This document shows, one piece after another, positions 1 to 7,730 of a stretch of 12,446 nucleotides of DNA (position 1 is the first letter of the stretch; the number at the start of each line of letters is the position of its first letter). Where the stretch lies: positions 1 through 12,446 of IMG/VR virus record IMGVR_UViG_2875718163_000001; one strand, given 5' to 3'. This DNA is from a virus (taxonomy: Duplodnaviria; Heunggongvirae; Uroviricota; Caudoviricetes). Position numbers and translations under genes: made by a program. Below the pieces are notes generated by a model. That model saw only the letters and a list, made by a program, of their open reading frames with translations. It made no database searches and was not told the origin of the DNA.

Positions 1-1164
1 TTACGCCTTCTTTATATCCTCCATAATTTCAGAGTGGGACATATTTGGGACATTATCACCAAAAATGTCGTCTATTTTCCTCGCATGCTCTGTCAAATGA
101 TTAGGCGCAAGGTGAGCATACCTACGAACCATTTCTATGGACTCCCATCCGCCCATTTCCTGAAGCACTGATAATGGGACGCCTGACTGAATCAGCCAGC
201 TTGCCCAGGTGTGTCTGAGGTCATGGAAACGGAAATCTTCAATTCCTGCACGACGACAAGCTGATAGCCATGATGTCTTGCTGTCGATGCGCATCTTCCT
301 GACCGCAGGCGTTGATGTTCCATCTGCTCGCTTAGCCGCCTTGGTATGTACAAACACCCATTTGTGATGCTTGCCTATTTGATCACGCAACACTTTACAG
401 GCGGTATCGTTCAGCGCCACACCAATGGCGCGGTTTGATTTGCTCTCTTCTGGATTCACCCAGGCAACTCGTCGCTGCATGTCGATTTGTTGCCATTCCA
501 GATTTATGATGTTCGACTTTCTCAGACCAGTTGCCAGCGCAAACTTGACGACAGATTTCAGTGGTTCGGGGCACTCATCAATAAGGCGTTTTGCTTCCTC
601 CTTTTCCAGCCATCTGACTCGCTTGTTTCTGACCGCTGGTATCTTGATGACAGGCGCTTTTTCCAGCCACTTCCAGTCGCGTTCTGCAGCACGGAGAATG
701 GCCTTTATCATGGCAAGATGCTTTGCCTTTGTCTGAGTTGATACTGGCTTTGGTTCATAAACAGGCAGTTCTTTACCTTTCCTGATGGCGGCCTGAACTT
801 TCTGTTTCCATATTTCTTTCGTCTTTCTGTTATGCATTCTGCTTACAGCAGAGTAAATCTTTGCCTCCGAGATATCTTTAAGCCTTATACCCTCAAAATG
901 TTCAAGCCAGAACTCAATCCGGCTTTTATCTGAATCGAGAGATTTTTTATCAGCTTTTTCCTCAAGCCATCTTAGGCAGGCCTCTTCAAAAGTGACATCA
1001 GGTAAATCCCCTAGCTTTTCTACTCGCCAGAGTTCTGCTTTTCGCTTGTCGTGCAACTCCTGAGCTTGCCGTTTGTCCTTTGTGCCAAGAGATTCCTTAA
1101 TTCGTTTCCCGCCCGGGAGCGAATACGAGGCATACCATATTTCATTTCTGCGGAAGAGTGACAT
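1..1164 (-). CDS. intD: Phage-type tyrosine integrase (site-specific recombinase), apparently intact
   Basis: 387-aa minus-strand ORF whose stop is the complement of 1-3. Translation carries the tyrosine-recombinase boxes (...GLRKSN..., ...HDLRHTWAS..., ...VRRYAHL...). N-terminus [14 protein letters not shown]... matches Rac/DLP12-type prophage integrases as I recall them. Symbol assigned from the DLP12-like context. Confidence 0.92.
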
Positions 1165-1283
1165 TTTCTTTCCTCTGTTATGCCATCACCCGCGCTCACC
1201 TGGACAGTATGCAGCGGAGACTGAAGCGCCGCAATGCAGGCTTGCCGTGTTGTGAGGTACCCGGATATTATCGTGAGGATGCG

Positions 1284-1547
1284 TCATCGCCATTGCTCCC
1301 CAAATACAAAACCAATTTCAGCCAGTGCCTCGTCCATTTTTTCGATGAACTCCGGCACCATCTCGTCAAAACTCGCCATGTACTTTTCATTCCGCTCAAT
1401 CACGACATAATGCAGGCCTTCACGCTTCATGCGCGGGTCATAGTTGGCAAAGTACCAGGCATCTTTTCGCGTCACCCACATGCTATCTGGCACCTGGGCC
1501 ATGTAAGCCGATTTTATTGCCTCGAAACCACCGAGCCGGAATTTCAT
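1284..1547 (-). pseudogene. exoD: C-terminal fragment of lambda-type exonuclease (Exo/RedAlpha); 5' part of gene deleted
   Basis: 87-aa minus ORF ending ...[48 protein letters not shown], which I recognise as the lambda Exo C-terminus. Similarity continues a few codons upstream of the ATG (..[12 protein letters not shown]) and is then lost, consistent with a deletion endpoint near 1560. Confidence 0.7.
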
Positions 1548-1636
1548 GAAATCCCGGGAGGTACGAGTATTGCCGGAAGCGTGGCCTGTATCCGGATGCA
1601 GAGTCTTATCCGTGGAAATCGAACGCGCATTACTGG

Positions 1637-1873
1637 TTGGTTACCAACTTGTACCAGAACATGCGGGCCAATGCGCTGGCTGACGCGGAATTACGGCGCA
1701 AGGCTGCCGATGAACTGACCTGTATGACAGCGCGAATTAACCGTGGTGAGACGATACCTGAACCAGTAAAACAACTTCCTGTTATGGGCGGTAGACCTCT
1801 AAATCGTGCACAGGCTCTGGCGAAGATCGCAGAAATTAAAGCTAAGTTCGGACTGAAAGGAGCAAGTGTATGA
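1637..1873 (+). pseudogene. peaD: C-terminal fragment of lambda replication protein P; N-terminal ~2/3 deleted
   Basis: ORF ends ...LNRAQALAKIAEIKAKFGLKGASV, recalled as the lambda P C-terminus. Its stop overlaps the next ATG (ATGA at 1870-1873), as P/ren do in lambda. No ATG before codon 9; first in-frame start is TTG. Confidence 0.6.
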
Positions 1874-1962
1874 CGGGCAAAGAGGCAATTATTCATTACC
1901 TGGGGACGCATAAGAGCTTCTGTGCACAGGACGTTGCCGCGGTAACAGGCGCAACCGTAATC

Positions 1963-2390
1963 TGATCTTACCCAGCAATAGTGGACACGCGGCTAAGTGA
2001 GTAAACTCTCAGTCAGAGGTGACTCACATGACAAAAACAGTATCAACCAGTAAAAAACCCCGTAAACAGCATTCGCCTGAATTTCGCAGTGAAGCCCTGA
2101 AGCTTGCTGAACGCATCGGTGTTACTGCCGCAGCCCGTGAACTCAGCCTGTATGAATCACAACTCTACAACTGGCGCAGTAAACAGCAAAACTTTCATTC
2201 GCTGAAAGTGGAATGTATCCATGGAGAACACTTTATCAGCCGGGAAATAATGCGGGCAACGGTGTTTAATTATATCGAATGTGATTACAATCGGTGGCGG
2301 CGGCACAGTTGGTGTGGCGGCCTCAGTCCGGAACAATTTGAAAACAAGAACCTCGCTTAGGCCTGTGTCCATATTACGTGGGTAGGATCA
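1963..2390 (+). mobile_element. IS3-family element with a large internal deletion (428 bp retained), both terminal inverted repeats present
   Basis: Left end TGATCTTACCCAGCAATAGTGGACAC; right end reverse-complements to TGATCCTACCCACGTAATATGGACAC (imperfect terminal IRs). Internal ORF is IS3 OrfA N-terminus fused to OrfB C-terminus. Flanking triplets are ATC (1960-1962) and ACC (2391-2393), so a clean 3-bp target duplication is not seen. Confidence 0.88.
2028..2360 (+). pseudogene. In-frame fusion of IS3 OrfA N-terminus (HTH region) to the last ~50 aa of the OrfB transposase; catalytic domain absent
   Basis: [55 protein letters not shown] | [55 protein letters not shown]; junction near 2190-2193. 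Track ORF starts at an upstream GTG (2019); ATG at 2028 is the IS3 orfA start. Confidence 0.65.
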
Positions 2391-2670
2391 ACCAGCATAA
2401 ATCAGGCTGCGGCTAAAATGGCGCGGGCAGGAATCCTGGTCGTTGATGGTAAGGTCTGGCGAACGGTGTATTACCGGTTCGCTACCAGAGAAGAATGGGA
2501 AGGAAAGGTGAGCACGAATCTGATTTTTAAGGAGTGTCGCCAGAGTGCCGCGATGAAACGGGTATTGAGGGTATATAAAAGAACATCAATGGGAACACAA
2601 TGATGAAACAGGTGAGTTGAGTTCAAACTGTAGTACAATTCTCTCCAGTTTGAACAGGAAAGAATATGCT

Positions 2671-3003
2671 ATGAACCCTTATATTTATCTTGGTGGTGCA
2701 ATACTTGCAGAGGTCATTGGTACAACCTTAATGAAGTTTTCAGAAGGTTTTACACGGTTATGGCCATCTGTTGGTACAATTATTTGTTATTGTGCATCAT
2801 TCTGGTTATTAGCTCAGACGCTGGCTTATATTCCTACAGGGATTGCTTATGCTATCTGGTCAGGAGTCGGTATTGTCCTGATTAGCTTACTGTCATGGGG
2901 ATTTTTCGGCCAACGGCTGGACCTGCCAGCCATTATAGGCATGATGTTGATTTGTGCCGGTGTGTTGATTATTAATTTATTGTCACGAAGCACACCACAT
3001 TAA
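2671..3003 (+). CDS. emrE: Small multidrug resistance (SMR) efflux transporter EmrE
   Basis: 110-aa ORF MNPYIYLGGAILAEVIGTTLMKFSEGFTRLWPSVGTIICYCASFWLLAQTLAYIPTGIAYAIWSGVGIVLISLLSWGFFGQRLDLPAIIGMMLICAGVLIINLLSRSTPH, recognised as EmrE. Four hydrophobic helices with the conserved membrane Glu (..LAEVIG..). AGGA 12 nt upstream of ATG 2671; the track ORF from 2617 is an upstream extension. Confidence 0.93.
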   Translation: MNPYIYLGGAILAEVIGTTLMKFSEGFTRLWPSVGTIICYCASFWLLAQTLAYIPTGIAYAIWSGVGIVLISLLSWGFFGQRLDLPAIIGMMLICAGVLIINLLSRSTPH

Positions 3004-3033
3004 AATAATTTGTTTCTAAACGACTAAAATATG

Positions 3034-3074
3034 GAGGCTCTTATATTTATATGAGCCTCGTTTTATGCTTTTTG
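3034..3074 (+). terminator. Probable intrinsic terminator after emrE
   Basis: GAGGCTC (3034-3040) / GAGCCTC (3053-3059) perfect 7-bp stem with a 12-nt loop, followed by GTTTTATGCTTTTTG, 30 nt after the emrE stop. Confidence 0.5.
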
Positions 3075-3257
3075 TTAATGTCTTTATTTTTTATGTATTC
3101 TTTTGTGCTTTCAAGATTATGGCGTAAGAAAATTGCAATACGATTATTGTTGTATATTCAAGATAATGTGACCTTAATTGTCTTTTTAAATAAAAAATAA
3201 ACAAAAATTATATCCCACCACTAAGGTTTATAAAAGCATACGTTAGCAGGTGTCACC

Positions 3258-4784
3258 ATGAAAAAAGCCATAGCATATATGCGATTTTCATCACCAGGTC
3301 AGATGTCTGGCGACTCATTAAACCGACAGAGAAGACTTATTGCTGAATGGTTAAAGGTAAATAGTGATTATTATCTTGATACCATAACATATGAAGATTT
3401 AGGATTAAGTGCATTCAAAGGAAAGCATGCACAATCAGGAGCTTTTTCGGAATTTTTAGATGCTATAGAGCATGGTTATATATTGCCAGGAACTACATTG
3501 TTAGTTGAAAGTCTGGACAGACTTTCAAGAGAAAAAGTCGGTGAAGCGATTGAACGTCTGAAATTGATTTTGAATCACGGTATTGATGTTATAACTCTTT
3601 GCGACAATACAGTCTATAATATTGACTCTTTGAATGAGCCATATTCATTAATAAAAGCCATACTTATAGCACAAAGGGCAAATGAAGAAAGCGAGATAAA
3701 GTCAAGTCGGGTTAAATTATCATGGAAGAAAAAACGGCAGGATGCACTGGAATCAGGTACGATTATGACGGCGTCTTGTCCGAGATGGCTCTCCTTAGAT
3801 GACAAAAGAACGGCTTTTGTTCCAGACCCCGACAGGGTGAAAACTATTGAGCTAATTTTTAAACTCAGGATGGAAAGGCGCTCATTGAATGCAATAGCCA
3901 AGTATTTAAATGATCATGCTGTAAAGAATTTCTCAGGAAAAGAAAGTGCATGGGGACCTTCTGTAATTGAAAAATTATTAGCGAATAAAGCTCTGATAGG
4001 TATTTGCGTACCTTCATATCGTGCAAGAGGGAAAGGGATAAGTGAAATCGCTGGCTATTATCCCAGAGTCATATCAGATGATTTGTTTTACGCTGTACAG
4101 GAAATTCGGTTGGCACCTTTTGGTATTAGCAATAGTAGCAAGAATCCTATGCTAATAAATCTACTTCGAACAGTTATGAAGTGTGAGGCTTGTGGTAATA
4201 CCATGATTGTTCATGCGGTATCTGGAAGTTTGCATGGCTATTATGTTTGTCCGATGAGAAGATTACATCGATGTGACAGGCCATCAATAAAAAGAGATTT
4301 GGTTGATTATAATATCATTAATGAATTGCTTTTTAATTGTAGCAAAATTCAACCAGTTGAAAACAAGAAAGATGCTAATGAAACTTTAGAGTTAAAAATT
4401 ATTGAGCTTCAGATGAAAATTAATAATTTAATCGTTGCATTGTCTGTCGCGCCTGAAGTTACCGCTATAGCAGAGAAAATAAGACTATTAGATAAGGAAT
4501 TACGAAGGGCTTCGGTATCATTGAAAACTTTGAAGAGTAAAGGTGTAAATTCATTCAGTGATTTTTATGCTATTGACTTAACCAGTAAAAATGGACGAGA
4601 GTTATGCCGTACACTTGCCTATAAAACATTCGAAAAAATCATAATTAATACGGATAATAAAACCTGTGATATCTATTTTATGAATGGCATTGTTTTTAAA
4701 CACTATCCTTTAATGAAAGTAATATCCGCCCAGCAGGCGATAAGTGCTCTCAAATATATGGTTGATGGTGAGATTTATTTCTAA
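3258..4784 (+). CDS. ybcK: Large serine recombinase (resolvase catalytic domain + recombinase domain + zinc ribbon + coiled-coil tail)
   Basis: 508-aa ORF. N-terminal AIAYMRFSSPGQ (nucleophilic Ser context) and ..VESLDRLSR.. resolvase motifs; Cys cluster CEACGN...C..C..HRC; C-terminal Leu/Ile-rich heptad-like stretch. Visibly AT-rich codon usage unlike flanking phage genes. AGGTG 6 nt upstream of ATG. Confidence 0.9.
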   Translation: MKKAIAYMRFSSPGQMSGDSLNRQRRLIAEWLKVNSDYYLDTITYEDLGLSAFKGKHAQSGAFSEFLDAIEHGYILPGTTLLVESLDRLSREKVGEAIERLKLILNHGIDVITLCDNTVYNIDSLNEPYSLIKAILIAQRANEESEIKSSRVKLSWKKKRQDALESGTIMTASCPRWLSLDDKRTAFVPDPDRVKTIELIFKLRMERRSLNAIAKYLNDHAVKNFSGKESAWGPSVIEKLLANKALIGICVPSYRARGKGISEIAGYYPRVISDDLFYAVQEIRLAPFGISNSSKNPMLINLLRTVMKCEACGNTMIVHAVSGSLHGYYVCPMRRLHRCDRPSIKRDLVDYNIINELLFNCSKIQPVENKKDANETLELKIIELQMKINNLIVALSVAPEVTAIAEKIRLLDKELRRASVSLKTLKSKGVNSFSDFYAIDLTSKNGRELCRTLAYKTFEKIIINTDNKTCDIYFMNGIVFKHYPLMKVISAQQAISALKYMVDGEIYF

Positions 4785-4982
4785 ATAATGATCTCGGATT
4801 TTAAGTTATGCTATGGTGATAAAGTGCAAGACAGAATTAATTATCTTTGACGAAACTTAATGGGTAATTACTTTGTTTGCTCCCACAAGCGAGTTTTGTA
4901 CGGCTGTATTGGGGTAGTAAATGAGCTATACAATCTTAATCATTTGTTAGGTGAGAACTCTTGGTCGCAGATTCAAATACTG

Positions 4983-5032
4983 AAAATACGTGACAAATTA
5001 TTATGAGCAAAATGGTGTATGTCACGTATTTT
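4983..5032. repeat. Perfect 13-bp inverted repeat with 24-bp spacer (AAAATACGTGACA / TGTCACGTATTTT)
   Basis: Arms at 4983-4995 and 5020-5032 are exact reverse complements; read directly from the sequence. Lies ~200 bp downstream of ybcK and ~215 bp upstream of ybcL. Confidence 0.85.
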
Positions 5033-5248
5033 GAATGGTAGGTTAAAAAATAACACCGACTTTCGTAGGTGTTACTAATAATAAAGCAGAGTTTTTAGAT
5101 AGTATCAATGTGCTTTGTGTATATTGTGGCAAATAATTGGGTTGGGGGTACAATTGTGATTGCTTTTGCATGAACATTGCGCCTTTATGCATAATGAGAT
5201 AAAGGAATATCAAATAAAATAACGATAGGTCATAACAAAGAGGTTTTT

Positions 5249-5800
5249 ATGAAAACACTTATCGTTTCAACTGTATTGGCATTCATAACATTTTCTGCGC
5301 AGGCTGCAGCATTTCAGGTCACTAGTAATGAAATAAAAACAGGAGAGCAACTTACAACGTCTCATGTCTTTTCTGGATTTGGGTGTGAAGGTGGTAATAC
5401 ATCGCCCTCATTAACCTGGTCTGGTGTTCCTGAAGGTACCAAAAGCTTTGCCGTAACTGTATATGATCCAGATGCACCTACAGGCAGTGGTTGGTGGCAT
5501 TGGACTGTTGTTAATATTCCAGCAACAGTAACATATTTGCCCGTTGATGCAGGGAGACGTGATGGAACAAAACTGCCGACTGGTGCTGTTCAAGGCCGAA
5601 ATGATTTTGGCTATGCTGGGTTTGGTGGCGCATGTCCTCCTAAAGGAGATAAACCACATCATTACCAGTTTAAAGTATGGGCTCTAAAAACTGAAAAGAT
5701 TCCTGTAGATTCTAACTCCAGCGGAGCGTTAGTTGGTTATATGCTTAATGCTAATAAAATCGCAACCGCTGAGATAACACCAGTTTATGAGATAAAGTAG
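5249..5800 (+). CDS. ybcL: Periplasmic PEBP/RKIP-family protein (phosphatidylethanolamine-binding protein homologue)
   Basis: 183-aa ORF with signal peptide MKTLIVSTVLAFITFSAQA and PEBP signature VYDPDAPTGSGWWHWTVVNIP...GYAGFGGACPP..HHY. GAGG 5 nt upstream of ATG. Confidence 0.9.
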   Translation: MKTLIVSTVLAFITFSAQAAAFQVTSNEIKTGEQLTTSHVFSGFGCEGGNTSPSLTWSGVPEGTKSFAVTVYDPDAPTGSGWWHWTVVNIPATVTYLPVDAGRRDGTKLPTGAVQGRNDFGYAGFGGACPPKGDKPHHYQFKVWALKTEKIPVDSNSSGALVGYMLNANKIATAEITPVYEIK

Positions 5801-5809
5801 GGTGAGAGT

Positions 5810-6607
5810 ATGCTGGCAAGAGGTAAGACTAACTTAAAGATCGAAGAAATACGGATGCATAAACATCATGAGATTCATAGGGTTAAGCCTCTTATGCCAG
5901 CTTTGTGTCGTATCCGTCAGGGAAAGAAAGTTATCAATTGGGAGACGCATACTTTAACTGTTGATAATAATCAAATAATATTATTTCCTTGTGGTTATGA
6001 ATTTTATATTGAGAATTATCCTGAAGCAGGGCTTTATCTTGCAGAAATGCTTTACTTACCCATTGATTTAATTGAGAGTTTCCAAAAACTTTATACGGTA
6101 ACTGATCAAATACGTAACAAAACAAGTTTCTTTTTACCTCAGAATCCTGAGTTAATATATTGTTGGGAGCAACTAAAAACATCTGTTTCCCGAGGCTTCT
6201 CAACTAAAATTCAGGAGCACTTAGCAATGGGCGTTCTACTTTCGTTAGGAGTGAATCATGTTAATCATTTACTTTTATCATATAGTAAACAATCATTGAT
6301 AAGTCGTTGTTATAACCTGCTGCTATCCGAACCCGGCACAAAATGGACAGCAAACAAGGTTGCTCGATATCTCTACATTTCTGTTTCTACATTACATCGC
6401 CGTCTAGCAAGCGAGGGGGTAAGTTTCCAAAGTATACTGGACGATGTGAGGTTAAATAATGCGTTGTCTGCTATACAAACGACGGTAAAACCTATAAGCG
6501 AGATTGCCAGAGAAAATGGTTATAAGTGTCCTTCTCGTTTTACTGAAAGATTTCATAATCGTTTTAATATAACACCAAGAGAGATAAGAAAAGCTTCCAG
6601 AGAGTAA
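5810..6607 (+). CDS. ybcM: AraC/XylS-family transcriptional regulator
   Basis: 265-aa ORF with C-terminal double-HTH AraC domain (..[44 protein letters not shown]...[25 protein letters not shown]). Starts 9 nt after the ybcL stop, so probably co-transcribed. Confidence 0.88.
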
Positions 6608-6671
6608 AAGTGTTTTAAGAAGGAGCAATTCTATCGATTTTGATTTTGGGAAATCAACACGGCATAATTAT

Positions 6672-6700
6672 GTCACCGGAGCCTGAACAACTCCGGTGAC
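6672..6700 (+). terminator. Strong hairpin (10-bp perfect stem GTCACCGGAG / CTCCGGTGAC, 9-nt loop); possible terminator or boundary element
   Basis: Read directly. Lies 65 nt after the ybcM stop and ~120 nt before the NinB-like gene, where lambda places tR2. The trailing sequence TTCTGCGCT is only weakly U-rich, so the intrinsic-terminator call is uncertain. Confidence 0.4.
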
Positions 6701-6723
6701 TTCTGCGCTAAACGGGGACGTTT

Positions 6724-6825
6724 ATGCGCACATACAATCCAAACTCTCTTCTCCCTTCACAGATGCAGAAATGCACCTGCAATTCTTTGCATCTAGCGTT
6801 TGACCTCTGCGGAGGGGAAGCGTGA
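6724..6825 (+). CDS. ylcH: Small ORF (33 aa) immediately upstream of and overlapping ybcN start
   Basis: ATG 6724 ... TGA 6823-6825 encodes [33 protein letters not shown]; its stop overlaps the ybcN GTG (GTGA). Matches the size and position I recall for ylcH; no independent coding support. Confidence 0.3.
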
Positions 6826-7277
6826 ACCTCTCACAAGACGGCATCAAATTACATCGCGGCAACTTCACCGCTATCGGTCGGCAGATCCAGCCTTATCTGG
6901 AGGAGGGCAAATGCTTTCGCATGGTGCTTAAACCGTGGCGTGAGAAACGCAGTCTTTCCCAGAATGCACTCAGCCACATGTGGTACAGCGAAATCAGTGA
7001 ATACCTCATCAGCAGGGGTAAAACGTTCGCCACTCCAGCTTGGGTAAAAGATGCTCTCAAACACACATATCTCGGTTATGAAACCAAAGACCTGGTTGAT
7101 GTCGTAACCGGTGATATCACCACTATCCAGTCGTTACGCCATACCTCCGATCTTGATACCGGAGAGATGTATGTCTTCCTGTGTAAGGTTGAAGCCTGGG
7201 CGATGAATATTGGTTGCCACCTGACTATTCCACAGAGCTGCGAGTTCCAGCTGCTGCGCGACAAGCAGGAGGCGTAA
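6822..7277 (+). CDS. ybcN: NinB-like (lambda Orf/NinB family) recombination-associated protein
   Basis: 151-aa ORF with GTG start preceded by GGAGGGG. Motif ..[18 protein letters not shown].. resembles the lambda NinB ..RSLDQN..LW.. region. First gene of a tightly overlapped nin-type operon. Confidence 0.85.
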
Positions 7278-7447
7278 TGGCTACACCGCTTATTCGTGTC
7301 ATGAACGGACACATCTACAGAGTACCAAATCGTCGTAAGCGTAAACCTGAGCTGAAGCCATCCGAAATACCAACACTGCTCGGATATACCGCCAGCTTGG
7401 TTGATAAAAAATGGTTGCGACTGGCAGCAAGGAGGAGTCATGGCTGA
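7277..7447 (+). CDS. ninE: NinE-family small protein
   Basis: 56-aa [62 protein letters not shown] overlaps the ybcN stop (TAATG). The track ORF from 7214 is an upstream extension. Confidence 0.8.
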   Translation: MATPLIRVMNGHIYRVPNRRKRKPELKPSEIPTLLGYTASLVDKKWLRLAARRSHG

Positions 7448-7730
7448 TTTGAGAAAAGCAGCGCGTGGTCGGGAATGCCAGGTAAGAATCCCTGGCGTAT
7501 GTAATGGCAACCCTGAAACGTCTGTACTGGCACATATCCGGCTGACTGGATTGTGCGGCACCGGTACGAAACCGCCAGACCTGATTGCCACCATTGCATG
7601 TTCTGCCTGCCACGACGAAATCGACCGCCGCACGCATTTTGTTGACGCTGGATATGCAAAAGAATGCGCGCTGGAAGGTATGGCGAGAACACAGGTTATC
7701 TGGCTGAAAGAGGGGGTTATTAAGGCGTGA
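7440..7730 (+). CDS. ybcO: Cysteine-rich nin-region protein (DUF1364-like, putative nuclease)
   Basis: 96-aa [26 protein letters not shown]...CSACHDEID.. with AGGAGG upstream. Overlaps the ninE end by 8 nt and its stop overlaps the rusA GTG. Confidence 0.8.
   Translation: MADLRKAARGRECQVRIPGVCNGNPETSVLAHIRLTGLCGTGTKPPDLIATIACSACHDEIDRRTHFVDAGYAKECALEGMARTQVIWLKEGVIKA

Larger units (their letters stand above)
1870..2603 (+). pseudogene. renD: ren (lambda Ren homologue) split by an IS3-derived insertion
   Basis: 1870-1962 encodes MTGKEAIIHYLGTHKSFCAQDVAAVTGATVI, then runs into TGA, the first bases of the IS inverted repeat. The same frame resumes at 2391 (TSINQAAAKMARAGILVVDGKVWRTVYYRFATREEWEGKVSTNLIFKECRQSAAMKRVLRVYKRTSMGTQ, stop 2601-2603). 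Together these match lambda Ren as I recall it. Confidence 0.7.

Noticed and set aside
425-741. Two plus-strand ORFs (103 and 84 aa) inside the integrase gene
   Set aside because: Entirely antisense to the well-supported integrase ORF; no recognisable motifs; arginine/serine-rich composition typical of antisense frames.
1165-1283. Excisionase (xis) between int and exo'
   Set aside because: Only 119 bp separate the two genes. The frame open here continues into int in the -1 frame but shows no resemblance to lambda Xis or AlpA-type excisionases that I can recognise.
1073-1911. Plus-strand ORFs 1073-1255 and 1158-1718, and minus-strand ORF 1630-1911
   Set aside because: They run antisense across the integrase start, the exo fragment or the P/ren fragments and across the deletion junction; the recognised homologies are on the opposite strands.
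2157-2372. Minus-strand 71-aa ORF inside the IS3 remnant
   Set aside because: Antisense to the IS3 OrfA'-'OrfB reading frame; no transposase-like motifs.
1960-2393. Target-site duplication flanking the IS3 remnant
   Set aside because: The triplets next to the inverted repeats are ATC and ACC, not identical; either the duplication has mutated or the boundaries are offset, so I do not assert one.
2617-2670. Upstream extension of the emrE ORF (track start 2617)
   Set aside because: The extension overlaps the inverted repeat and has no ribosome-binding site; ATG 2671 (MNPYIYLGG) with AGGA upstream gives the canonical 110-aa protein.
3614-3901. Minus-strand 95-aa ORF inside ybcK
   Set aside because: Antisense to a motif-rich serine recombinase ORF; no supporting features.
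5411-6203. Minus-strand ORFs 5411-5662 and 5934-6203
   Set aside because: Antisense to ybcL and ybcM respectively; no start context or motifs.
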